From assembly GCA_000092065.1 (NCBI GenBank), contig CP000600.1: 64,000 nt of DNA. One strand, written 5' to 3'. The notes under the pieces were generated by a model. It saw only the letters and a list, made by a program, of their open reading frames with translations, had not been told where the DNA came from and searched no databases. The stretch is from Ostreococcus lucimarinus. Lineage: Eukaryota. This document shows positions 53,901 to 63,859 of this stretch, in pieces. A program made the position numbers and the translations under genes. Each line of letters opens with the position of its first letter. Position 1 is the stretch's first letter.

Positions 53901-54199
53901 CGCGCGCGCGCGCTTCGCGCGTCCGCGCACGCGTCCGCGCGCGCCGTTCGCGAGGGACGACCGCGCTCACGTCGAGCCTCGCCGAGATCGTCCCTCGCGT
54001 CGATATCGCGCCGTCCGTCGCGGAAACGAATCGAATCGACGGTCGATCGATCGTTCGTTCGCGATCGATCGACGACGCGCGGGCGAATCGAATCGATCGT
54101 TCGCGTTCGACCGCGCGCCGATCGCGACGATAAAACGGCGCGCGAAACCACCGAATCGAACGCGCGCGCGCGATCGAACGCCGCGCGCGCGTCTCTGAC

Positions 54200-54236
54200 G
54201 GATGGATGGATGGATGGATGGATGGATGGAATCGCC
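54200..54236. repeat. (GGAT)8-9 microsatellite at the 5' end of the NF-YA ORF
   Basis: Seen directly: gatggatggatggatggatggatggatggaat. Confidence 0.9.
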
Positions 54237-55183
54237 CGTCGCCGTCGACCGCGCGCGTCTCTCGTCGACGCGACGCCCGCGCGCGACGCTCGAAACGTCG
54301 ACGATCCGGGATCGCGATCCGTAACGCGATCCGTGACGCGACACGACGCGGACGCGATACCGATTCATCCATCGATCCATCCGCGTCTCTGATTCGTCGT
54401 CGACGGATCGAGCGTCGCGCGGCGCGTCGCGCGCGTCGTTCGATGCGGCGATTCGCGACGACGCGCGCGGCGTCGTCGCGCGAGGCGTCGACGTCGCGCG
54501 CCGCGAGCGACGCGCGCGACGCGCGACGCGCGGACGTCGAGACGACGCGCGCGTTCGGGGGGGTGCTCGGGCTGCCGACGGCGGCGACGACGCGCGCGAC
54601 GGCGACGCGCGACGGCGGCGACGCGCGACGGAGCGTCGCGGTGACGACGGGGGGATTCGCGGGGGTCGGAGAGGCGCGAGCGCGCGCGGGGGGGGGGAGG
54701 GAGGCGGACGCGCGCGCGAGGACGACGGCGAGCGCGAGACGCGCGGGCGACGCGGGAGACGTCGTCGCGCGAGCGTACGCGCAGTTGGCGCAGTATCCGC
54801 GCGTGCTGTTGCCGACGATGGACGCGGCGGTGTACGTGAACGCGAAGCAGTACGACGCCATCGTGCGGCGGCGGCAGAAGCGCGCGAGGGCGAACGCGAC
54901 GAGGACGCCGGGCGTCGTCAACGCGAAACATCCGTCGCGGTCGGCGCACGCGAAGAACAGGATTCGCGGGAAGAATGGGAAATATTTGACCCGCGATGAA
55001 TTGCTGCGCGGGCTGGGGGGGCCCGAGGGACGGGCGCGCGCGGAGGCGCGCGAGCGAGAGATCGCCGAGCGCGAGGCGAAGCGCGTCGAACGCGCCGCGG
55101 TGCGGGAAGCCACCAAGGCGCGCGCGCGCGCGCAGCGCGCCGCCGCCGACGCCGTGCGCGCGGCGAAAAAATCTAGAAAGTGA
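54206..55183 (+). CDS. NFYA: Nuclear transcription factor Y subunit A (NF-YA/HAP2, CCAAT-binding); 5' end uncertain (ATG at 54206 or 54443)
   Basis: AAVYVNAKQYDAIVRRRQKRAR...NAKHPSRSAHAKNRIRGKNGKYLT matches the NF-YA core (YVNAKQYHRILKRRQARAKLE...[23 protein letters not shown]). The upstream part is low-complexity R/A/T-rich. Confidence 0.7.
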   Translation: MDGWMDGWNRPSPSTARVSRRRDARARRSKRRRSGIAIRNAIRDATRRGRDTDSSIDPSASLIRRRRIERRAARRARRSMRRFATTRAASSREASTSRAASDARDARRADVETTRAFGGVLGLPTAATTRATATRDGGDARRSVAVTTGGFAGVGEARARAGGGREADARARTTASARRAGDAGDVVARAYAQLAQYPRVLLPTMDAAVYVNAKQYDAIVRRRQKRARANATRTPGVVNAKHPSRSAHAKNRIRGKNGKYLTRDELLRGLGGPEGRARAEAREREIAEREAKRVERAAVREATKARARAQRAAADAVRAAKKSRK

Positions 55184-55295
55184 GCGCGCGGCGCGGCGTC
55201 TCGCGGCGCGGTCGCCGACGCGCGCGGATTTGTAACGCGCGTTCGTCGTCTCGCCGCCGTCTCGCCGCGTCGTCCCGCAGACCTCGCCTCGCGCG

Positions 55296-56903
55296 ATGCC
55301 TCGCCCGCGCGCCGCGCGCCTCGCCGCGTTCGACGTCGCCGGCGTCGTCGCTCTCGTCGCCGTCGCCGCGGCGTGGTGCGTCGTCCTGTCCACGGCGTAC
55401 GGCGGCGAAAACCGCTGCGACATGAGCTACATGTACCCGAGTTTCTTCCCGGTGACGAACGTCGCGCTGGCGTCGCCCGCGCACGCGCTGTATCGCTACC
55501 GCGACGCGCGCGCGCGCGATGACGACGTCGACGATCGCGCGCGCGCGAGCGGCGACGCGAGCGCGTGCGTGGTGATCAACGTCTTCGTCCCGGGGACGGG
55601 GGGCGGTTACGGGCAAGCGCGAAGCGCGGCGAGCGGGACGCTCGAGAGCGAAGGATGCCGCGTCGAGCACTACGCCCTGGATTTCGCGGAAGAACTGAGC
55701 GCGTATAATGGAATGCTACTCGCGAGACAGGCGAAAAGCGTGGCGCGGGCGCTGGATGGGTTGAGGACGCTCGAGCGCGCGAGGACGGAAAGACGCGTCG
55801 TGGCGGGATGGAGCGTCGTGGGACACAGCGCGGGAGGATTGGCGGCGATGGAAGCCGCGGCGAGCGCTCTGGGAAGTGAGTTAGGGCTGACGATAGTGAA
55901 TCTAGCGACGCCGAGCGCGTGGAATCCGGTGAGTCTGACGTTGACGCAGCGCGCGCGAGAGGCGGGCGTGCGGCGACGTTGGCGAACGAGCGACGCGAGA
56001 CGGAGCGTGGCGCTCGTCAGCGTCGTCGGTGGCGAGCGCGATCGGCAGGTGAGCTCGAGCCCGATGGGTTTTGTCGATGATTGGGTAGAAGAAGGGCTCG
56101 GTGTGAGCGCGAGCGCGAGCACGGCGTCGCGGGTGGGCGTGTCGGCGGATCATCGATGCGCGGCTTGGTGCAAACAGTTAATCGTCGCGATCTCGCGTGG
56201 ATTCGCCGAGGCGTTTCCACGATCGAAGGTTCTCACCGCGCACCAGCGCGCGCGCGCGTTTCGCGACGCACTTGGTGATAAAGACGCGGCGCGCGCGCCG
56301 TCACCGACTTTCGGGGTGCCCGCGCGAGCGTACGAGGCGACGCAAGAGCGCACGCCGAGCGCTCTGGCGGGCGTCGTCGCCAACGTATTAGCGCCGCGGT
56401 CGGTGATGAGCGCCTTCGCGTTCGCGCTCATCGCACACGCAGCATCACCGAGCATACTTCGTGAGCGCGTCGTGGAATCCGTGATCGCGTCGCTCGCGGT
56501 CTACGTCGCGAGTGGGTGGATAGCGAATCGCGCGTTCGACGTTCGCGGCGACGTCAGACGCGCGTTGACGACGTGCATGGTGCTCGCGCACGTCCCATCT
56601 CTCATCGCGTGGGCGCACCACGTTCTTCGCACCTTACCGACGTATGGTTTTCACGCATTGGTGCCGCCGTTCGGTGCGATGGACGCCGTCGCGCTCTGCT
56701 TCGCCGCGGCGTCGACGCGTTTCGGCGCCATCGCTCGCGATCAGTCGTCGGGCGCGTCGCGCGCACGTCAAGTCGCGTGGTGTCTCGCCGCCGGCGCCGC
56801 CGCACCGGGCAACGTCGGTCTCATCCACATCGCCGGCGCCGTCGTTCACTGCGCGGAGACGCTCCGTCTTCCTCGCGCGTCGCTGCCGAAGAAAGTCGCG
56901 TGA
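55296..56903 (+). CDS. GPI inositol-deacylase PGAP1/Bst1-like alpha/beta hydrolase membrane protein, 535 aa
   Basis: N-terminal TM, CDMSYMYPSF, VFVPGTGGGYGQARS, lipase pentapeptide GHSAGG, multiple C-terminal TM segments. Same order as PGAP1 (CRMSYMYPSY, LFIPGNAGSYKQVRS, GHSMGG). Confidence 0.65.
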   Translation: MPRPRAARLAAFDVAGVVALVAVAAAWCVVLSTAYGGENRCDMSYMYPSFFPVTNVALASPAHALYRYRDARARDDDVDDRARASGDASACVVINVFVPGTGGGYGQARSAASGTLESEGCRVEHYALDFAEELSAYNGMLLARQAKSVARALDGLRTLERARTERRVVAGWSVVGHSAGGLAAMEAAASALGSELGLTIVNLATPSAWNPVSLTLTQRAREAGVRRRWRTSDARRSVALVSVVGGERDRQVSSSPMGFVDDWVEEGLGVSASASTASRVGVSADHRCAAWCKQLIVAISRGFAEAFPRSKVLTAHQRARAFRDALGDKDAARAPSPTFGVPARAYEATQERTPSALAGVVANVLAPRSVMSAFAFALIAHAASPSILRERVVESVIASLAVYVASGWIANRAFDVRGDVRRALTTCMVLAHVPSLIAWAHHVLRTLPTYGFHALVPPFGAMDAVALCFAAASTRFGAIARDQSSGASRARQVAWCLAAGAAAPGNVGLIHIAGAVVHCAETLRLPRASLPKKVA

Positions 56904-57135
56904 AGTGGCGAAGTCGCCTCGCGTCGACGATTTGCTCGACGCGACATTAGACGTACACATTAGACGCGCCATCACGACCGATGGCGCCTCGAAGGACTGA
57001 AAGTAGAACATAGACATAGAACTACGAGCGTTTCATCGTCCCTGAATCGACGCTCCGCGTGAAACATCCGCCGCGGCGTCCGTCGCCTCCGTAAAGCGCC
57101 GCCTCGCGCGTCTCGCGCCGCACAGCGCGCCTCGC

Positions 57136-58377
57136 ATGTTCGCCCGCGCGCGCGCCCTCGCCCTCACCGGCGCCGCGGCCGCGACCGCGACGATGCCGCT
57201 CGTCTCGCACGCGCGCGCGCGCGACGACGCGCGACGCGTCGCGCGCGCGCCGCCCCACGACGCGCGCGAGCTCCTGCTCGTCCAAGCCGTCTTCAGACAC
57301 GGCGACCGCACGCCCATCGCCGGCCTCGGCGCCGGACTCGAGGACCTCGAAGAGACGTGGCGACGATTACTGCCGTCCGCGGCGGACGAAGAGCGGCTGC
57401 GTCGGCTCGCGCGCGTGCGGTCGGAGATGGAGGCGACGTGCGTCCCGCGAGGCGCCGGCGGTTGGGAGGGACGGCTGACGACGCGAGGCGCGACGCAGAT
57501 GCGAGCGTTCGGACGAGAGATCATACGAGAGTGGTTGATCGCGCAAGAGTTTTTGTCGAACGATTTCGCGCGCGCGGTGGCGAAAGGAGAGGTGAAGGTG
57601 CGGTCGACGGCGGCGTCGAGGTGCGTGGCGAGCGCGGCGAACGCGCTCGCGGGCGGATGGCCGGATGCGTGGGAAAACGGTGGTGGAGGCTCGCCTTTGA
57701 TCATCGAGGTTCGAGAGAAAGAGCGAGAGACGATGTTTCCGAAACCGGGATCGGCGTGCGATAGGCTGAGTGAGGTATTTCGAGGCGCGATGGCGTCGAA
57801 CGACGAAAAGTTTACGCACGACGAGACGTTGGCTCGCTTGCGCGAGTCGATCGAAACGGCGCGGGAGAAAAAGGCGGGGTTGCTGGAAGTATGGGACCCA
57901 CTGCAATGTCGCATCAATCACGATTTGCCCCTGCCGCGCGGCGTGACGAAAGATCAAGTGCGGTCTTTGTTGACGATGATGGAGGACAGACATTTCGCGA
58001 CGTTCACGAGCCCGCTCGCGAACGGCATCATGGGTACGCAACTGCTCCGTGAAATTTGCGAAGAAATGGGCGAACACGGCGGAAAAGTCAAGCTAAGTCT
58101 TTACGCGGGTCATGATTCGACGATCATGGCGCTCTTCTCCGCGCTCGGGACGCTCGGATCGACGCTCACGACGTGGCCGCCTACGGGAAGTTCGTTGATT
58201 TTCGAGACGTGGCGCATGAAGGATGGATCCGTCGGCGTGCGCGCGGTGTATAACGGCGAGCCTATGGCGTTGACGCCGAAATCGCGCGAACGCGATGGAT
58301 TGACCTCGTACGCGGACTTCAAGGCGTACGTGAAGACGCGCGTGCCGGAAGACTACGTCGCCGCTTGCAAACTCTAG
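57136..58377 (+). CDS. Histidine acid phosphatase (branch-2 histidine phosphatase; lysosomal/prostatic acid phosphatase-like), signal peptide, 413 aa
   Basis: LLLVQAVFRHGDRTP (RHGxRxP) near the N-terminus and LYAGHDSTIMALFSALG (HD motif). N-terminal hydrophobic leader. Confidence 0.75.
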   Translation: MFARARALALTGAAAATATMPLVSHARARDDARRVARAPPHDARELLLVQAVFRHGDRTPIAGLGAGLEDLEETWRRLLPSAADEERLRRLARVRSEMEATCVPRGAGGWEGRLTTRGATQMRAFGREIIREWLIAQEFLSNDFARAVAKGEVKVRSTAASRCVASAANALAGGWPDAWENGGGGSPLIIEVREKERETMFPKPGSACDRLSEVFRGAMASNDEKFTHDETLARLRESIETAREKKAGLLEVWDPLQCRINHDLPLPRGVTKDQVRSLLTMMEDRHFATFTSPLANGIMGTQLLREICEEMGEHGGKVKLSLYAGHDSTIMALFSALGTLGSTLTTWPPTGSSLIFETWRMKDGSVGVRAVYNGEPMALTPKSRERDGLTSYADFKAYVKTRVPEDYVAACKL

Positions 58378-58426
58378 TTTATCCTTCTCGTTGTCGCTAT
58401 CTTATTTCTTGCTATTGAATGTGTTG

Positions 58427-60328
58427 CTATTTCTTTTTCGTTTTCGCCTTCTTCACTTTCTTCGGAATTTTCGTCTTGCGCTTCTCCGCCGCCGCTTGCT
58501 TCTGCAACTTGGCCGCCGCCTTTCGTTCCGCCTTGACGGCGTCCTTGTCCACGACTTCCTTGGGGAATCTCCGTCTGCCCCCGCCATTCTCGGAATCCTC
58601 GTCGGAGTCCGATCCGTCTTCGCTGTCAAAATCGCCCGATTCGTCGTCGTTTTCGTCCTCCTCGTCTTCGTCCTCGTCCACGACGTCGAGTTTCTTCGTC
58701 ATCAACAGCGTCGGCGTCGTGCGCACGCTGCTCAAATCGTCCGCCATGCCTGTGATGGTTTGATAATAAATTCCTTCGCTCTCTCCTTTGCCTTGAATCA
58801 AGCGCTTTTGATCGCGCTCAAACAGATCGACTTCGTCCAGAGCGCGCGGAATAAACGCCTGATGGAACACGTTGGCTTGAATCTCAGCCTCGGCGCGGCG
58901 TTCCATCATCTCGTCGTCGAACTGGGAGTCGGGATCGGCCGAGTTCAGCGCGTTGAGCTGGGCGTTTACGCGCTTGAGTTCAACCGCGTGCTCCTCCGCG
59001 GACTCACTCAGCGCCTCGAGCACGGCCTCCATGTTGTCATCGTTGATCGCCGGGTCGGTGACAAAGTCGAACAATTCGCGAACCGTCGGCACGGCGACGT
59101 CTTGCTTGGCGAAGTATTGAATCACGTGAAGCAAATCTTCGCGCAGGAACTCCAAGCACCGCGGGTGGTCCTGATCGACGCTTTGCGAGACGTCGATGAT
59201 CCAAATGTGTCCGTCGTGAAACAACAAGTTGTACTCGCTCAGATCCGCGTGCACGAGACGACACTTTTGGTACATCATGCGCACGTCGACGATGAGTTCG
59301 GTGAATAACGAACGCATCTTCTTGACTGATATGTCCGCATCTCGCAATCGCGGCGCGGCGATGCCATCGTTCCCGATGAATTCCATCACCAAGACGTGCG
59401 AGCGAAGCATCTCCACCGCGGGCACGCGCAAGCCCGCCTCCTTCAACCGAATCAAGTTCCGCATCTCCTTCTCCGCCCACGTCTGCACCATTTTCCGCGG
59501 ATTCTTCTTTGAATACCCATTCCGCCATCTCCAATCCCCGCTGACGTATCTATCGCGATCCTTGAACACTAAAATTGACGTCTTATACACCTTGACCGCG
59601 AAGTCCGTCACTTCTCTCGCGCCAGTTTCCCCGACGACGACGTCTTTTCGCGCGTGATACACGTTCGCCTCCTTCCCCGTCGACACGCATCCGTGAATCT
59701 CCGTGAACGTCTCCCTGGACAGCATCTTGAACAAAATCAACATCGTCCGCGGATCCAACGCTTGCTCCACCGTCGCGCGGTCTTCCTTATCCTTATTCAA
59801 CGACATCGATTTATCCTCCTTCCGTCTCGCCTCTTTCATCGCGTTCGTCACCTTGGTCTCCGCGCGCGTCGTCCTCGTCGTCCTCGCGCCCGCGCCCGCG
59901 CCCGCGTCGCCGCCGTTCGCGCTTTTCCCTTTCCCTCCAGCGAACGTCACCGCGCGCGTCCTGTTCCCCGCCCCCCCGTTCGCGTTCGGCCTCGCCACGT
60001 TCGCTCGCGTGAGCTTCGCCGCCGCCGACCCCGGCGCCGCGCGCGCGTCCCGCGTCGACGCCTCCCCCCTGTGCGCGCGCATGTCATCCAGCGCGTCCAG
60101 CGCGTCTAAGCGATCGTTCACGTCGTCGTCGTACGCCTCGTCGTCGTCGCGCGCCTCGTCGTGCGCCGTCCAGCCGTCGTTTTCGTCGTTTTCGTCGTCC
60201 TCGTCCGCGGCGGCGGCGTCAAAAACCTCGCGCGTGCGCCCCGACAGCGCCTCGCGAATCGCCAGAAGCGCGTCCTCGCGCTCGCGCATCGCGTTAGCTT
60301 CGTCCTCGACCGCGGTGCGCGGCTCCAT
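58427..60328 (-). CDS. RIOK1: Serine/threonine-protein kinase RIO1, about 633 aa
   Basis: FTEIHGCVSTGKEANVYHA, LVHADLSEYNLLFHDGHIWIIDVSQSV, and an acidic/basic KKAKTKKK tail. RIO1-type, not RIO2. The N-terminal 380 aa of the tracked ORF are antisense garbage. Start taken at MEPRTAVEDEANAM (60328). Confidence 0.88.
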   Translation of the reverse strand: MEPRTAVEDEANAMREREDALLAIREALSGRTREVFDAAAADEDDENDENDGWTAHDEARDDDEAYDDDVNDRLDALDALDDMRAHRGEASTRDARAAPGSAAAKLTRANVARPNANGGAGNRTRAVTFAGGKGKSANGGDAGAGAGARTTRTTRAETKVTNAMKEARRKEDKSMSLNKDKEDRATVEQALDPRTMLILFKMLSRETFTEIHGCVSTGKEANVYHARKDVVVGETGAREVTDFAVKVYKTSILVFKDRDRYVSGDWRWRNGYSKKNPRKMVQTWAEKEMRNLIRLKEAGLRVPAVEMLRSHVLVMEFIGNDGIAAPRLRDADISVKKMRSLFTELIVDVRMMYQKCRLVHADLSEYNLLFHDGHIWIIDVSQSVDQDHPRCLEFLREDLLHVIQYFAKQDVAVPTVRELFDFVTDPAINDDNMEAVLEALSESAEEHAVELKRVNAQLNALNSADPDSQFDDEMMERRAEAEIQANVFHQAFIPRALDEVDLFERDQKRLIQGKGESEGIYYQTITGMADDLSSVRTTPTLLMTKKLDVVDEDEDEEDENDDESGDFDSEDGSDSDEDSENGGGRRRFPKEVVDKDAVKAERKAAAKLQKQAAAEKRKTKIPKKVKKAKTKKK

Positions 60329-60481
60329 GACGCGTCGCGCGCGCGCGCGGGCGCGAAATGCGGCGACGGCGCGACCCGGCGAACGTCGAATCGGCACATC
60401 GCGCCGCGCGCGCCGTCGCCGGGACGCGCCGCTCGCGCCGTGGCGCGCGCGCGCGAGCGCGAACGCGACGCTCGACGCGCG

Positions 60482-61912
60482 ATGACGGACGCCGAGGACG
60501 TCGAACTGCGCGGCGCGGCGGAAATCGCGCGGAAACAGCGCGAGGAGCTGGTGCGCGAATTCGAGTCGCGACGACGTTTGCGCGCGACGCACGCGCCGAC
60601 GCACGATGCGGACGTGCGCGCGATGCTGCGAAAGTACCGCGAGCCGATCACGCTGTTCGGCGAGCGAGAGAGCGAGCGGAGGGATCGATTGCGCGCGCTG
60701 TTGGCGTCGTTGGACGCGCGAGACGGCGGCGAACTCGACGACGGCGCGGGGACGCGAACGGCGACGGATAAATACGGCGCCACGATCGTCGACGAGGGAG
60801 AATATAACGCGCACGCGACGCAGAAGGAGACGTTTTACACCGAAGGCACGGAACGGTTGCTGGAGTGCCGAATAGACATCGCGGAGTGGTCGCTGCCGCG
60901 GGCGGCGAAGCGCGTGGCGACGCAACGCGAGGCGAGAGGTAAGGGAGGGAGAAAAGACGAACGGGCGACGATCGATGCGGTGGTGGCGTCGACGTCGGGG
61001 TTCCAGGCGCAGTGCAGCGAGATCGGCGACGCGTCGCGACCGATCTGTGAGGTGAAGTTTTATAACGGAGGGAGAAACGCGGTGAGCGCGAGTTGGAGCG
61101 GGGAGGCGCGCAAGTGGGCGTGCGACGTAGAGGGAGGAAAATTGACCTCCGAGCTCGTCATTCGAGCGAGTGATCATCGAATCACTGGAATCGACGCGTT
61201 CGACGCGGGCGACGGTCGCGCGCGCATCGTCACCGGGCACGCCGACGGCTCTGCGGCGATTTGGAACGCCGACGGAAGTCGCGCGGCGGAGTTGAAAGGC
61301 CACGCCTCTCGATGCGGGCGCGTGGCGTTTCATCCACACGGGGGAAAGTACGTCGCCACCGCGTCCTTCGACGCCACGTGGCGGCTTTGGAGCGCGGAGA
61401 CCGGGGAAGAGTTGTTGTGTCAAGAGGGCCACGCCAAGGAGGTGTACGACGTCGCGTTCCACCCCGACGGTTCGCTCGCCGCGTCCGTGGGCTTAGACGC
61501 CGTCGGGCGCGTGTGGGATCTGCGCATCGGCAAATCCATCGCCGTCTTACGCGGTCACGTCAAGCAAATCCTCTCCGTGGACTTTTCTCCCAACGGCTAC
61601 CACGTCGTCACCGGCGGCGACGACCGCACCGTCAAGTCGTGGGACTTGCGCAAATCCGCCGAGTGCGCGTACACCAACGCCGCGCACTCCGCCCTGGTCT
61701 CTTGCGTCAGGTACGAAAAAACCTCATCCAACGGCGCCTTCTTCACCAGTTCCAGCTACGACGGTTCCGTCGTCGTCTACTCCGCGCGCGACTTCGCCCC
61801 GCACAAGAAGATCGGCGACGGCGCCGCGGGCAAGCTCACCGCCGTCGACGTCGCCGGCGACGCCCTCATCCTCAGCGGTTTCGACCGCACCCTCAAGTAT
61901 TACACCAAGTGA
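60482..61912 (+). CDS. PRPF4: U4/U6 small nuclear ribonucleoprotein Prp4 (WD40), 476 aa
   Basis: N-terminal PRP4/SFM motif MLRKYREPITLFGE, followed by seven WD repeats (GHxxxV...WD). Confidence 0.85.
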   Translation: MTDAEDVELRGAAEIARKQREELVREFESRRRLRATHAPTHDADVRAMLRKYREPITLFGERESERRDRLRALLASLDARDGGELDDGAGTRTATDKYGATIVDEGEYNAHATQKETFYTEGTERLLECRIDIAEWSLPRAAKRVATQREARGKGGRKDERATIDAVVASTSGFQAQCSEIGDASRPICEVKFYNGGRNAVSASWSGEARKWACDVEGGKLTSELVIRASDHRITGIDAFDAGDGRARIVTGHADGSAAIWNADGSRAAELKGHASRCGRVAFHPHGGKYVATASFDATWRLWSAETGEELLCQEGHAKEVYDVAFHPDGSLAASVGLDAVGRVWDLRIGKSIAVLRGHVKQILSVDFSPNGYHVVTGGDDRTVKSWDLRKSAECAYTNAAHSALVSCVRYEKTSSNGAFFTSSSYDGSVVVYSARDFAPHKKIGDGAAGKLTAVDVAGDALILSGFDRTLKYYTK

Positions 61913-62053
61913 AGCGTTCTCGCGCGTCGATTTGTTCGCGCAAATCACCTTTGTGTAAAAAAATGAGCCACAGCGACCCTTCGCGACGCTTTCGACGGGT
62001 CGACACGCGCGCCACATCTCGTCGCCGCACCGCGTCGCGCGCCGTCTCGCGCG

Positions 62054-63247
62054 ATGGTGCTCGCGACGGCGACGACGCCGACGCCGCGCGCGCCGTCTCG
62101 GTCCGCCCCGCGCGCGGCGTCGCGCGCGACGGCGCGACGATTCGCCGCCGCGCGACGATTCGGCGGCGACGACTCGAATCGACGCGCGCGCGCCGCCGCG
62201 CGCGCCGACGGCGGCGGCGACGCGGCGGCGGACGACGCGCTCGACGCGCTCGAGCTGCTGCGCGCGCGAGGGCGCGCGAGGGCGTCGAGCGCGACGACGC
62301 GCGACGACGCGCGCGCGGCGAGGGTGTGCCTGGTGGGCGTCGGACCGGGCGACCCGGGCTTGCTCACGCTTCGCGCGTATCAGCTCATGCAGACCGCGGA
62401 CGTGGTGCTGTACGATCGATTGGTGTCGAACGAGATCCTGAATCTCGCGCGCGCGGAGGCGCGGATGGTGTACGTGGGGAAGCGAGCGGGGTACCACACG
62501 CGGACGCAGGAGGAGATACACGAACTGCTGGCGGCGTTCGCGGACGCCGGGGCGACGATCCTGCGGTTGAAGGGCGGGGATCCGCTGGTGTTCGGGCGCG
62601 GCGGGGAGGAGTTCGAGTTCCTGCGCGAGCACAATCCGAACGTGCGCGTGGAGGTGGTTCCGGGAATCACCGCGGCGGCGGGCGTCGGGAGCGAGCTCGG
62701 CATACCGCTCACGCACCGCGGGGTGGCGACGTCGGTGCGGTTGTTGACCGGACATCTGCGCGAGGGCGCGGGGTCGCGCGAGGACGCCACGGGCGCGGCG
62801 AGCGATCCGGTGGATTTCGCGGTGACGAGCGCCGACGTCGAGACGACGCTCGTCGTCTACATGGGTCTGGGCACGCTCCCGAAGCTCAGCGAAAAGCTCA
62901 TCGCGAGCGGATTTCCGGCCGATATGCCCGCGGTGGCGATCGAGCGCGGCACGACCGTGGACGAACGTCGAGTGTTTAGCTCCATCGAGCACCTACCCGA
63001 AGCCGCGGCGGCGTGCGAGCTCGTGTCGCCGACGCTCCTCATCGTCGGTCGCACGGTGACGCTCAGCCCGCACTGGCCGTACGCCGCGGACGAATCCTCG
63101 TACGATCCCAAGTGGGTCGAACAGCGCGGCTCGCCGCGCGCGGCCGACGACGTGGACGATTGGCGCGCGTGGCTCGACTTGGACGTCGATTTCGCCTCGT
63201 CGCGCCCTCGCGCCGTCGCGCGCGAGATTCACGTCGACGCGTTCTAG
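62054..63247 (+). CDS. Uroporphyrinogen-III C-methyltransferase (SUMT/CobA-type, siroheme branch) with plastid transit peptide, 397 aa
   Basis: VCLVGVGPGDPGLLTLRAYQLMQTADVVLYDRLV...GKRAGYHTRTQEEIHELL...ILRLKGGDPLVFGRGGEE...VVPGITAAAGV is the canonical TP-methylase fold. The S/T/A/R-rich N-terminal 80 aa form the transit peptide. Confidence 0.9.
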   Translation: MVLATATTPTPRAPSRSAPRAASRATARRFAAARRFGGDDSNRRARAAARADGGGDAAADDALDALELLRARGRARASSATTRDDARAARVCLVGVGPGDPGLLTLRAYQLMQTADVVLYDRLVSNEILNLARAEARMVYVGKRAGYHTRTQEEIHELLAAFADAGATILRLKGGDPLVFGRGGEEFEFLREHNPNVRVEVVPGITAAAGVGSELGIPLTHRGVATSVRLLTGHLREGAGSREDATGAASDPVDFAVTSADVETTLVVYMGLGTLPKLSEKLIASGFPADMPAVAIERGTTVDERRVFSSIEHLPEAAAACELVSPTLLIVGRTVTLSPHWPYAADESSYDPKWVEQRGSPRAADDVDDWRAWLDLDVDFASSRPRAVAREIHVDAF

Positions 63248-63396
63248 CCCTCGAACGGTCGCGCGCGTTTGTATCATAATCTTAGTCCGTTCCGCGCGCC
63301 GGTCGTCACGCGCCGTGCACGCTCGCGATTCGATTCGCTCCGCGTCCGCGTCCGCGTTCGCGCCTCGCGCCGTCGCCACTTCGCGCCTCCCTGGCC

Positions 63397-63788
63397 ATGT
63401 CCGCCGCCGAGGAAGACGCCGCCGTGCGCGAGCCCTTGGACCTGATCCGCCTCGCCCTCGACGAGAAGGTTTACGTCAAGCTGCGCGGCGACAGAGAGGC
63501 CAGAGGGCGCTTACACGTGCGTCGTCGCCGCGAATCGACGCGACGCGATCGCGAATCGAACGAGCGATCGCTCGACCGACGACTGACGACTCTTCGCCGT
63601 GGTTTCGCGCGCAGGCGTACGATCAACACTTGAACATGATCCTCGGTGACGTGGAGGAAGTGATCACGAGCACGGAGACGGACGAAGAGACGTTCGAGGA
63701 GTTTACGAAGACGACGAAGAGAAGTGTGCCCTTCTTGTTCATCAGAGGCGACGCGGTGACGCTGGTGTCGCCGCCGCTGCGGAGTTAG
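63397..63788 (+). CDS. LSM3: U6 snRNA-associated Sm-like protein LSm3, 97 aa; join(63397..63516,63615..63788), 98-nt intron
   Basis: Exon 1 reads [40 protein letters not shown]. The splice is |GTGCGT...cgACTGACGactc...gcag|. Exon 2 reads [21 protein letters not shown]...[20 protein letters not shown]. Collinear with human LSM3 ([45 protein letters not shown]...). Confidence 0.88.
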
Positions 63789-63859
63789 AGGGATCGTTAT
63801 TCGGGTATAGCTACTAGATTGTGTAAATTCGTCACTACAAGGTTGCGTCGTTCGGTCGC

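Noticed and set aside
54181-54210. tctCTGACGg as an intron branch point upstream of NF-YA
   Set aside because: No AG within 60 nt downstream (the following sequence is the GGAT microsatellite), and no suitable upstream donor/exon.
53779-55116. 445-aa minus-strand ORF and the 53645..54133 / 53739..54392 plus-strand ORFs
   Set aside because: Antisense to, or out of frame with, TPP and NF-YA. No motifs.
61261-62992. 572-aa (+) and 422-aa (-) ORFs overlapping PRPF4 and SUMT
   Set aside because: Different frame from two homology-supported genes. R/G-rich.
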